From positions 124,001-188,000 of IMG/VR virus record IMGVR_UViG_3300028864_000016: 64,000 bases of DNA; one strand, given 5' to 3'. Every line of letters begins with the position of its first letter. The first letter of the stretch is position 1. A program made the translations under genes and the position numbers. Shown piece after piece: positions 41,346-50,816 of the stretch. The notes beneath the pieces were generated by a model that saw only the letters and a list, made by a program, of their open reading frames with translations, made no database searches and had not been told where the DNA came from.

Positions 41346-41658
41346 ATAAACTCTTTCCTTCCCATAAATTTAATTCTTGAACATGATATCTAAGCCTTTT
41401 TAAATACTGCTCTACCATACTTCCGTCCATATCATCTAAAGTACAAATATACCTATTAACACTATTATGAAATTCTTCTTTATCTTCTTTGACAAGTTGC
41501 TTTAATTCTTCAATTCTATCTGTATTTATTTCTGATTTCTCACTAACTTCAATATACTTTTCTCCATCTTCTTCAGTAACTTTTAATTCAAAACCATTGC
41601 CACTATAGGAATAAGTATCTGTTAATTCTGCTAATTGACTTAATTTAACTTTAAACAT
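41335..41658 (-). CDS. Hypothetical protein
   Basis: 107-aa ORF, coupled. Confidence 0.6.
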   Translation of the reverse strand: MFKVKLSQLAELTDTYSYSGNGFELKVTEEDGEKYIEVSEKSEINTDRIEELKQLVKEDKEEFHNSVNRYICTLDDMDGSMVEQYLKRLRYHVQELNLWEGKSLYEK

Positions 41659-41925
41659 TATTTATTAACCTTCCTTCCCATCATTTCTAACTTACATTCA
41701 TCTTTTAAATATCTATTGCAACTTAATATCAATTCCACACTTTCATTTTTCCATTTTGAATGCTTACATGTAATATGATTATCTAAAGGACATGGATTAT
41801 TCCCAAATACAATGGTTACTGGCTTATTCTTTGGTTCTTTGAATATATAAATTGTATCATTATTTAATTCCATTATTACACCTCTTTAATTTATTATTAC
41901 AGTAAAATGACAATTCTATGGTCTT

Positions 41926-42366
41926 TTAATCTCTATATTCAATTTTCAAATTCTTTAATTCTATATGTTCACCACATTCTAATTCTTCTATAGTATCGTC
42001 ACCATACTGATTGTTTATAAACAAAGACCTATTACAATCACAAGAATAGTTTCCTTGCTCAAACATCCAGTGTGCCATTTCTTCTTCATATTCATAGCCA
42101 AAGTCATAATCTATAATGTATTCTTTTCCTTTATATTCAAAAGTACAAATTGCAACAGTTCTTTTATGACTCATGATACCATGTTTTTTATTTCTAGCTA
42201 GTCCCAAATGACTATACTTGTTTAATTTCTTTTCAAAACACTTTAATTCTTTTTCAGTATCAAAATAGTAATAACCTTCCTTAATTCCCAAATCCTTTTC
42301 AATTGAAGGTTCTACATCATTATTCCATGCCCCACCCCATATTTGTATCATATATTCTTCTTTCAT
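41926..42366 (-). CDS. Hypothetical phage protein
   Basis: GNYSCDCNR motif, GGAGG RBS. Confidence 0.7.
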   Translation of the reverse strand: MKEEYMIQIWGGAWNNDVEPSIEKDLGIKEGYYYFDTEKELKCFEKKLNKYSHLGLARNKKHGIMSHKRTVAICTFEYKGKEYIIDYDFGYEYEEEMAHWMFEQGNYSCDCNRSLFINNQYGDDTIEELECGEHIELKNLKIEYRD

Positions 42367-42550
42367 TTCTTCATCCTCCTTAATATCTAATATAACCTAC
42401 TACACCAGTTTCAATATTTCTAACTTTATAATCATCACAATCTTTACTTATGTATTCATATTTACTGCTATCTATTCTTTGTGACTGCAAGAATAGTTTA
42501 AATTGTTCTGACATTATTAATTTCTTCATAATTTCTCACCTCGATTATTT

Positions 42551-42979
42551 TTAATTTATTTCTATTCCTAATTCTTTAAAGTTTTTCTTAATTTTCCTTC
42601 TTACTACAAACCCTTTACTTCCATATGAAATTAAAACTATTCCTATAATAATTAAAAATACAAAAAACCAAGAAAACTCAATTTTTACTTCTTTAAAAAT
42701 TATTATATATGACATAAGCAACCATGGAAATTCTGTAAATACTCCGAAGATAAAAAATATCTGCCATCCATCATAGAAGTTATATTCTCTTTTTAAAATA
42801 TATTTATTATTTTCACTTGTAGAAAGGATATCATAGTTGATATTGTATTTTTCAGATTGTTTATTTATTAAATTAATATATTCAATTTGTAGTTTTGTAT
42901 TTATTTTGTCATCTATTCTGTCTTTAAGTTCTATATTTCTTATATCCTGTTCTTCTAGTAGATAATTATCTATTTTCAT
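42551..42979 (-). CDS. Two-TM membrane protein
   Basis: Two hydrophobic helices in the C-terminal half. Confidence 0.65.
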   Translation of the reverse strand: MKIDNYLLEEQDIRNIELKDRIDDKINTKLQIEYINLINKQSEKYNINYDILSTSENNKYILKREYNFYDGWQIFFIFGVFTEFPWLLMSYIIIFKEVKIEFSWFFVFLIIIGIVLISYGSKGFVVRRKIKKNFKELGIEIN

Positions 42980-44231
42980 TATATGCTATACCTCCACTCC
43001 ATCTAAAATCTTCATTTTACCTTGTTTAATTTATTATTCTATGATATCATTCGTCTTTTCAATTTTATTCTTAAATCCATTTTTATTCCAATAGTATATT
43101 ATTATACCTTCTTTGCCAATACCATAATCTTTATAGGTAACAATTTTATCTAATTGAACATCGTAATTATTTTCTTGTCCTTTTAATTCTTTTATTAAAT
43201 CTTCTAAACCACTTAAATTCATTTTTATCCTCCTAAATTAATTCTTTAACTTTTTCTTTAAATTCAGTTATTTCAATAATGTTAAAATGTTTATCAACTG
43301 CTGTTCCATCTTCATTATATATCTCTATATCCCAATTTGTAGTCACAGTAATGATTCGTCCATTATACTTCTCTAATTCTTTAAAACACCACATTACATC
43401 ATAATACTGAGTTATATCCTCGAGTAAATCATATTCTTCCCATTTAAAAATTTTAATACCAAATAATTTTTCTTCCATAATTATTCCTCCTCATTTTCTG
43501 CATATTGTTCATATTCAAAACTAGTTTCTATTGACATACTCTCGAATCCATAATTTTTTATTAAATAATCTCCAATATCATAAGTATCCTTGCCTAGCAC
43601 TTCTCTAGCTTCTTCACACATTTTTTCAAACTCTTTATATGTGTATTTCTTATTACTTACTACATAAGTAAAGCCATAATTATAATCGCTTGCGTCCTTA
43701 TCATACCAATAGTTTTTAACTTCATAAATGTATTTATCTTTCATAACTTTTTCCTCCAATTAATTATATTCCTCACAACTATCATCATCTTGAACTATTA
43801 TACCATCTTTTACACGCAATGAAGTTTATCTTCTTCGTCTACATGAGAGTTAGCACAGTCAAAACAGGTACATTCTTTATTTTTCATATTTTTTTATACC
43901 TCCTAAAGTCCCTATTAATGCCATTCCTGTTTTGTAATATTGCTTTAAAATGGCTCATTTAAAGCCTTTGTGTCTATTCTCTTTGCGGAAAATCTATTAC
44001 TTTTCCTTCTTTCTTAATTCCATTTACCTCATCATTAAATTCGTCTTCCATTCTTTCATCCATTTGTGATTCAGCTTGTTCACTGATATGATTATCTTCT
44101 AGCCATTGATTTAATTCTTCATGGATATAGAATCCTTCAATAATGTCATCAGTATTAGCTATTCTTTCCATGAAATCAGAGTATTCTTTGTATTGTAATT
44201 CAGTATATACTTTCTTCATTATAAAACCCTC

Positions 44232-44738
44232 CTATAATAACTCTTTAATAAACATATTATAATCACAACTATTAATTTCTAAACCTAATTTACTTATATA
44301 ATAATACAATTCTTTTTCTTTCTCAATAAATATATTCTTTAATGCAGGAACATAATTAGCTTTTTCTAATGCAAAATATAATTGTTGACTATCTAATTCA
44401 GCAAAAATATAATATTGTATATTGTATAACTTTGATAATCCTCTAAGTTCTTCAACTTTATATTTTGACAATGCAGTAACATCAATTATTTCATTTTTCT
44501 TATTAAGAATAACACAATGTCTAACTAAATAATGGTCTTTACCTCCAGTATAACAATATCCTATTTGATATTTTCCCTTTTGATAATCTTCTAATAATAT
44601 TTTAGCTAATATGTTTATACAGTTATTATAACATTTTCCTTTTTCAATTAAATCTTTTGATTTTAAATATAACTCATATGTCTTATCAACATTTAATTTA
44701 AAATTTTTTATCATTAGTTTTCTCCTTTCATGTTCCAA
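44232..44738 (-). CDS. Hypothetical protein with possible Cys-His-Asp (transglutaminase/papain-like) triad
   Basis: GKCYNN, RHCVIL, IIDVT. Confidence 0.5.
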   Translation of the reverse strand: MEHERRKLMIKNFKLNVDKTYELYLKSKDLIEKGKCYNNCINILAKILLEDYQKGKYQIGYCYTGGKDHYLVRHCVILNKKNEIIDVTALSKYKVEELRGLSKLYNIQYYIFAELDSQQLYFALEKANYVPALKNIFIEKEKELYYYISKLGLEINSCDYNMFIKELL

Positions 44739-45670
44739 GTAAAATTATTGATTTATAAGAATATTGCTATTACTAGCATAAATACTACAAATAAAATTCC
44801 TAATGTCATTGTAACATTAAAAGATGTTTCTTGTATTTTAAGTTCATTTTGAAGTAACATTATGTCTAATTTTCTCAGTTTATTCAAATTATCTCACCTC
44901 ACTTCAAACAAAAGATAGATATTATTTAAACTTGCAAGGAAGAAATTAATCTTCCTCTTTATTATCACACTCTTCACAAATACTATTAAAAGCTGAAGCT
45001 TCTTCTAAACTAATAACTTTTCCACAATCAGTGCAAATTGCATCTTCAGTCAAATCTATAGAATCAATTATTAGACAAGCATATACTTCATCCATAGTTT
45101 CATTATAATGATCTGCAACTTCTTCAACATCAGATTCATTTAGTTCCTCATTTTCTCTTAGTTCTAGTAATCTTTTAATATCTTCATCCCATATTCCTAT
45201 TATCATTTTAGTTTCCTCCTATTCAAATATAATTTCTTTTATCTTTTTATTTCCAATATGAGTAATCATTTCTACTGTATGAGTTTCATAGAATTCATCT
45301 AATGTCATCATTTCTTTATCAAATTCTTTGCAATATTCTGAAACCACTTCTAACTCTGTTGAAGCATATACTAATGTATAATCCTCAATATAACCATTTC
45401 TATAAACTAAATATAAATTCTTTTTCATAATTTCATTCCTCCTAATTATTTTTTAATACACATTCATCTTTACCAAATACCCAATAAAAATTACTTATCA
45501 CTGTTCCATTAGGGCTATTCTCTTTTACTTTTCCTGTAGTTCCATAGTTGTCTAATACCTCATATTCTTCTTCACAAAATATTATAACATCACCTTTTTT
45601 AAAATCTCTCTTTTCTGAATCCATTATGATTTCACCTCCAAATTTACGATAAACTATAGTTTTTAAAAGC

Positions 45671-46072
45671 TTATTTATTACCTTCGTTAATAATATTCAT
45701 TATACCCTCTAATTGGTTCACCGTAAATCTACCATTATTACAACTATAACGTTCAAAATACGTATTTCTAATGTTTCTATATAATCCCTCAGCTTTTTCT
45801 TCTTCAATTATTTCTTCTTTATTTAAATAAAGCTGATAATTATAACTACAATCTGTTTTATCTCTATAATTATCTTCTTTGCTAAATTGGTATTCATAGA
45901 TTTCATTCCATTTTACAGTTATATACTTTCTACCAATTTTTGTAACTTCTCCATCGTAGCACCATTCGTTAATATTTTTTAAACTCATATCTTTATTTTT
46001 TGAATAGTAACTTCCATCTATAATTTTGACTATAACCTTTTGATCTACTTTTAAATCTAATTTTCTTGCCAT
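45671..46072 (-). CDS. SH3/beta-barrel-like hypothetical phage protein
   Basis: LKVDQKV..GEVTKIGRKYITV. Confidence 0.6.
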   Translation of the reverse strand: MARKLDLKVDQKVIVKIIDGSYYSKNKDMSLKNINEWCYDGEVTKIGRKYITVKWNEIYEYQFSKEDNYRDKTDCSYNYQLYLNKEEIIEEEKAEGLYRNIRNTYFERYSCNNGRFTVNQLEGIMNIINEGNK

Positions 46073-46623
46073 TTATTCACCCCATTATACTCTTCAAGCA
46101 TCTTTCTAACTTTAGTAATTTCTTCTTGACTATGAACTGTTCCGCCAGTATTATAATCTAGATACCATTGCAATACTTCTTTCTTAGTTTTTAGATTGTT
46201 AACATTAAATCTTATTGTTTCTCTTCTTAGAGTAGGTAATATGTCCTCAAACTCATTCCGTAAGTATCCAAATACTCTAAGTTCATTAGCTAAGAATTTT
46301 CTGATAGTAGTTAGTCTTTGTAATCCATCAACGCAAACCATAGGCATTTCATATTTACCATTTATATAATCTTCGCATGTACCATCAATAAAATAAGGAC
46401 AGTTGAAATATATTGTTCTTGCAGTCTTACCACCTCTTAGAAAGAACTCCATATATGCTATTTGTTGTTCTTCGCTCCACACACAACCTCTTTGAAAGTC
46501 TGGATTTAATTCTAAGCCATAATCTTCAAAATAATCCTTTAACGCTGACTCTAAATAGTTTAAAGATATACTAACTTCATATTCTCCATCTGGTGTAAAT
46601 TTAGGGATATCATTGATTTTCAT
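46057..46623 (-). CDS. Stand-alone DUF262 (ParB/Srx-fold) protein
   Basis: LNPDFQRGCVW..QQ, CVDGLQRLTTI. Confidence 0.85.
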   Translation of the reverse strand: MKINDIPKFTPDGEYEVSISLNYLESALKDYFEDYGLELNPDFQRGCVWSEEQQIAYMEFFLRGGKTARTIYFNCPYFIDGTCEDYINGKYEMPMVCVDGLQRLTTIRKFLANELRVFGYLRNEFEDILPTLRRETIRFNVNNLKTKKEVLQWYLDYNTGGTVHSQEEITKVRKMLEEYNGVNKWQEN

Positions 46624-46696
46624 TTAATTCCACTCCATTTCATTATTAATATTATACTAAACATCTATGTATCTGTCATTCCTTAACCCTAAATTA

Positions 46697-46725
46697 AGTA
46701 TAAATCTTCCAGTCTAATAAGTCAA
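46697..46725 (-). promoter_or_regulatory. Sigma-A type promoter for the DUF262 operon
   Basis: TTGACT-17-TATACT with upstream ATAAATTAATAGAAA box. Confidence 0.85.
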
Positions 46726-46756
46726 TACTATTTCTATTAATTTATTTAAATAATAT

Positions 46757-46792
46757 AAAAAGTTTCTAACAAATTTATTCTCTGCTAGAAAC
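46757..46792 (-). terminator. Intrinsic terminator right after the TnpB element end
   Basis: GTTTCTAGCAGA..TTTGTTAGAAAC stem followed by TTTTT. Confidence 0.75.
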
Positions 46793-46960
46793 CGTTACCT
46801 ATGATTTATATAACTTCCTAAATCATTGTTTAATTCCTTATTCAACGTGTCCTATTTTGCATTATCACTAATACTACTTTAGTTTGATATGACACTCCAA
46901 AGGCTTAACTTCGGGCATAACGAACCCTACACCTCAGCATTATCGTTTTAGTGTGATTTA
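46772..46960 (-). ncRNA. TnpB omegaRNA (right-end RNA) scaffold plus predicted guide
   Basis: GTGTAGGGTTCGTTATGCCCGAAGTTAAGCCTTTGGAGTG..GGACACGTTGAATAAGGAA..GTAACGG, resembling clostridial IS607/IStron right ends; guide would start at 46791. Confidence 0.65.
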
Positions 46961-48100
46961 TGCTGAATATCTACTTAGATTTATACTTGCATTATAATCT
47001 CTATCTATAACACAACCACATTCCTCACAGATATAAACTCTATCAGATAGCTTTAGTTCCTTTTTTATATGACCACACCCACTACAAGTCTTTGATGATG
47101 GATACCATTTATCAGCTTCAACAAATTCAATCCCATTAAACTCGCATTTATACTGCATTTGTCTTTTAAATTCATATAAACATTGTTCTGCAATAGCTTT
47201 TGATAAATGTTTATTTTTCATCATACCTTTAATGTCAAGTGTTTCCATAACAACTCTTGATGGTTTGGTTTTCACTATCATATTTGTTGCTTGGTGTAAA
47301 TGATTATTTCTTATATTTGTTAATTTTCTATAGACTAATTTTATTTGTTTTTCCAACTTAATCATATTATTAGTCTTATTTAATTGGTAACAATTTTCAC
47401 TCTCTTTCTTAATTTTATTATTTTCATATTTTCGATTAACTTGTTTTTGTAATCTTTTTAATTTCTTTTCTGTTTTCTTAACTTTTTTAGTTTTATTAAT
47501 ATTTTTGAATGTCATTCCATTGGAGCATATTGCTAAATCTTTGATTCCAAGGTCTATTCCTATTGATAAATCTTTATTCAATCCAACCTTAGTTTCATTG
47601 TGTTCAAACCCAAATGTTAGATACCAATATTTTCCGTCAAAATAACACCTTGGATTATTATATTTGGGCAAATTGGGAATGTTATAATTAGTTTTATACT
47701 TAACTTTTCCTATTTTTTCTAAATTTACTTTGTTATCTTGAAATTTTATAGCATCATATCTAACATAAAATGATTGTTTTGAGTTTTTCTTAGTTTTAAA
47801 TTTAGGATAATTAGATAATCCTTTGAAAAAATTTTTATATGCCGTATTTAAATCTTCAAATGCTTGTGATGTGACTTGAGCACTCACTTCTTTTATCCAT
47901 TGATAATTTATATCTTTCTTTAAAACATTATTAAATTCTTTTCTGATTATAGTTTTTGATGGATTTTGTCCTTGTTTGTAAGCATCTTCCCATTTTGCTC
48001 TTCCCCAGTTATAAGTAAATCTTGCTATACCACATGATTTAAACATTAATGTTTCTTGTTCTTTTGTTGGTTTTAATCTTACTTTTATTGACTTTATCAT
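46958..48100 (-). CDS. tnpB: TnpB RNA-guided endonuclease (IS200/605/607 family), catalytic triad intact
   Basis: KVRLKPTKEQ HTH, GIDLG (D), VMETL (E), YPSSKTCSGCG, CEECG, DRDYNAS (D). Confidence 0.96.
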   Translation of the reverse strand: MIKSIKVRLKPTKEQETLMFKSCGIARFTYNWGRAKWEDAYKQGQNPSKTIIRKEFNNVLKKDINYQWIKEVSAQVTSQAFEDLNTAYKNFFKGLSNYPKFKTKKNSKQSFYVRYDAIKFQDNKVNLEKIGKVKYKTNYNIPNLPKYNNPRCYFDGKYWYLTFGFEHNETKVGLNKDLSIGIDLGIKDLAICSNGMTFKNINKTKKVKKTEKKLKRLQKQVNRKYENNKIKKESENCYQLNKTNNMIKLEKQIKLVYRKLTNIRNNHLHQATNMIVKTKPSRVVMETLDIKGMMKNKHLSKAIAEQCLYEFKRQMQYKCEFNGIEFVEADKWYPSSKTCSGCGHIKKELKLSDRVYICEECGCVIDRDYNASINLSRYSA

Positions 48101-48124
48101 ATTTTCACCTCTCTTTCTAAATTA

Positions 48125-48153
48125 ATAATATCATAGTGTTATCACCTTGTCAA
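48125..48153 (-). promoter_or_regulatory. Sigma-A promoter of tnpB with candidate RHH operator
   Basis: TTGACA-17-TATTAT with extended TG; GTGATAA half-sites in the spacer and, inverted, at 48185-48191. Confidence 0.8.
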
Positions 48154-48193
48154 CATTTTAATTATATGCTATTATATTCTTGAGGTGATAATA

Positions 48194-48346
48194 ATGACTA
48201 TTTCTAAAGATAATACTAGAACACAATTGACTATTTCTAAAGAATTAAAACAACAATTAGAACAAATTGCTAAGGAACAAAATAGAAGTTTTAATAATTT
48301 AGTTATTACTATATTACAATCATATATAATTAACACTCAAAAATAG
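48194..48346 (+). CDS. 50-aa ribbon-helix-helix (CopG/Arc-like) regulator, divergent from tnpB; missing from the ORF track
   Basis: MTISKDNTRTQLTISKELKQQLEQIAKEQNRSFNNLVITILQSYIINTQK; GAGGTG RBS; the only plus-strand gene I can support. Confidence 0.85.
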   Translation: MTISKDNTRTQLTISKELKQQLEQIAKEQNRSFNNLVITILQSYIINTQK

Positions 48347-48364
48347 GAGTAATATATTTACTCC
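48346..48364 (+). terminator. Hairpin after the RHH gene
   Basis: GGAGTAA-TATAT-TTACTCC. Confidence 0.55.
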
Positions 48365-48412
48365 TATAATTTATTATATCCTGTTCAAATTAGAATTTTA
48401 TAGTAATATGTA

Positions 48413-48437
48413 ATGGCTACAGATAAACTATAGCCAT
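48413..48437 (-). terminator. Hairpin after ORF 48448-48963
   Basis: ATGGCTA..TAGCCAT inverted repeat. Confidence 0.55.
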
Positions 48438-48447
48438 ATTCGTAATT

Positions 48448-48963
48448 TTACTTTATAATTGGCTTTCCACATTTTTCACATTTAAGACCATAACTATATT
48501 CTTCTGGGTCAAGTTCAAGTATATAATCTTCCCCTGTATTTTCTCCAAATTTGTGAATTTCTTCTTCACTTAAAGTCATACAATCTGAACAAATAATTTC
48601 TAATCTGCCTTTTTCTTGTTCATCTACTTCATATTTTTTATAAGCTTTCCATTTCTTTTCTTTTAATATCTTTTGGTTTTCTAATGGTATGTTTATAAAA
48701 TTCAAATAATTTTTATATAGTATAGAATCTTCGCCATAGTATTCTTCATATATTTTCACTATCTCATCTTGTGTTTTACCATCATAGTATTTGTGTATTC
48801 CTTCAGTAGTATTTAGTTCTTTATTTTCTTTTTCAGTATAACCACCAACACTTAAATCTCCTATGTTTTCAATGTCATATTCTATACATTTATTAAGCAT
48901 CAATTTAAAATAACTGTCTTTTCCTTCTTTTATTTCTTTTCCTGTTAATATCATATTATACAC
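48448..48963 (-). CDS. Hypothetical protein with C-terminal zinc motif
   Basis: CSDC and CEKCG. Confidence 0.65.
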   Translation of the reverse strand: MYNMILTGKEIKEGKDSYFKLMLNKCIEYDIENIGDLSVGGYTEKENKELNTTEGIHKYYDGKTQDEIVKIYEEYYGEDSILYKNYLNFINIPLENQKILKEKKWKAYKKYEVDEQEKGRLEIICSDCMTLSEEEIHKFGENTGEDYILELDPEEYSYGLKCEKCGKPIIK

Positions 48964-49034
48964 TTCCTTTTATTAATTTGTTTTTATATGTATAATTATA
49001 TATGTATTACTTTAAATAGTCAACGGCATTTTAA

Positions 49035-49763
49035 TTATTTTAATTCATTAATCGCTATGTCATAATATTCTTGTTCCTTTTCAAACCCTATGTAGTTTCT
49101 ATTTAATTCTTTACATGCAATAGCGGTAGTTCCACCGCCTATAAACGGATCAAGAATAATATCACACTCGTTTGAATTTAATTCTATTAATCCTTTTATG
49201 TATTCAATGGGTTTTTGAGTTGGATGTCTTTTATCTTTCCCTCTAGGTGGATTAAATTTTCTGTTCTTTGAATAATAATCTTTTTTATTTGGACATGTAT
49301 CTATGTCTAATAAATTTAATGCAGTTCCATTATCATATATTCTAACTATGTATTCTAAATTTTGACTAAATCTATTTCTATTAAGTATGCTCAATGGTTT
49401 TTCCCAAGTGAGGATTGTCCACTTTTTCTTATTAGTTAATGCCCAGTTTAGATAATAAGGTATTAACGTATCATTAGTAAATATGTAACAATTTAATTTA
49501 ATCATTATTCTTTTAAACTCATTCATCATATTATTTATTTCATTTCCTCCAAAAGAACTCATATCTTTCATCATAGGGCTATCAAAGTTGTACATAGAAC
49601 TATTAGCTATTTTTGATTTTCCTTCTGTACCATGTGTCTTTCCACCACCTTTATTGTGAAGATATGGAGGGTCTGTTATTACTAATTTAATACTTTTATC
49701 TGGAATAGCCCTTAATCCATCCTCAGAAAAGCAATCTACATTTTTTATGTAATTATAATCCAT
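49035..49763 (-). CDS. N6-adenine/N4-cytosine DNA methyltransferase (beta class)
   Basis: ITDPPY, HPTQKP, ILDPFIGGGTT, YIGFE. Confidence 0.93.
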   Translation of the reverse strand: MDYNYIKNVDCFSEDGLRAIPDKSIKLVITDPPYLHNKGGGKTHGTEGKSKIANSSMYNFDSPMMKDMSSFGGNEINNMMNEFKRIMIKLNCYIFTNDTLIPYYLNWALTNKKKWTILTWEKPLSILNRNRFSQNLEYIVRIYDNGTALNLLDIDTCPNKKDYYSKNRKFNPPRGKDKRHPTQKPIEYIKGLIELNSNECDIILDPFIGGGTTAIACKELNRNYIGFEKEQEYYDIAINELK

Positions 49764-50023
49764 ATGCTAATTTTCACCTTCTCTCAAGGTAAATTCTGCT
49801 TCAGCATTACATTCCTCATTAGAACACAAATACCTTTTAACTATTCCTTTTTCATTATCTATACTAATATCTTCTAAGTCGATATCATCCATCCACATCA
49901 TTTCAAAATCACAATAAGGACATTTCATTTTCAATCTTCCTTTCTTCTATTAATTTATTACGTTCAGATAAATCATTTATTTTATTATCTTTTTAATTTC
50001 AAAATCAATTGCTTGTGATAATA

Positions 50024-50806
50024 TTATTCCCAATAGTAGTATAGATGAGTACTATCTGCAATTCCTCTTTTTTCTTCTTTACTACTATTTATAGTAAAAT
50101 ACCCACAATTCGTATCGTATCCATATAAAAGTTCCCCTCCATCTATAACTAAAGCTATTTGATCATCCGTTAAGTTATGAGGATTTGATAAAACTTTATA
50201 CTTTTCACTTTGCCCTCTTTTAATTTTTTCAATGCAAGTGTAAGTTTCCAATTCTTTATCTGTTATAACATAATTAAATTCTGACACTCTAGCTTTTTCA
50301 CTTATTTTATAATAAATATCTTTATTTTTCTTTAAAATTTCCTTAAAATTATCCTCTTTATAATAGTCTATATTAACTAAATAGTACTTTATATCGTCCA
50401 ATATATTAGATATATAATTTAAAGATTCTATTTTAACTCTATCTATAGATTCACATAGTTTAGATTCGTCATCATTTTCAAGATTTAAATTTATTTGAAA
50501 AACTTTTTCACTTATTTCCCTAACATCATCCTCCATTTTTATAATAATATCAATATCGCAAATAACATAATCCAGATTCTTATATGATATATTTATATTA
50601 AATTTTGTTTTCATCTTTAAAGGAAAATTCCAGAATAATTTTAATACCCATTCTTTATCAGAATTCATTTCAAATTCTTTTCTTATTTTTGTCATATCAC
50701 ATATTGTTTCATTTATAAATTCCAAGCAGATATTCATGTATTTTTTAACTAGATTTTCATTTATCATTTTATATTTTCCTCCTTTCTCTTTACCATAAAA
50801 TAACAT
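50024..50806 (-). CDS. Hypothetical protein
   Basis: 260-aa ORF; C-terminal YKVLSNPHNL..IALVIDGG..GY motif. Confidence 0.7.
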   Translation of the reverse strand: MLFYGKEKGGKYKMINENLVKKYMNICLEFINETICDMTKIRKEFEMNSDKEWVLKLFWNFPLKMKTKFNINISYKNLDYVICDIDIIIKMEDDVREISEKVFQINLNLENDDESKLCESIDRVKIESLNYISNILDDIKYYLVNIDYYKEDNFKEILKKNKDIYYKISEKARVSEFNYVITDKELETYTCIEKIKRGQSEKYKVLSNPHNLTDDQIALVIDGGELLYGYDTNCGYFTINSSKEEKRGIADSTHLYYYWE

Positions 50807-50816
50807 TTTTACCTAC

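Larger units (their letters stand above)
46792..48380 (-). mobile_element. Non-autonomous IS607-like element (tnpB + RHH gene, no tnpA)
   Basis: Right end GTAACGG at 46792-46798; left boundary uncertain (candidate GG at 48380-48381). Confidence 0.6.

Noticed and set aside
46958-48100. Nuclease-dead TnpB (TldR-like transcription factor)
   Set aside because: All three RuvC acidic residues appear intact
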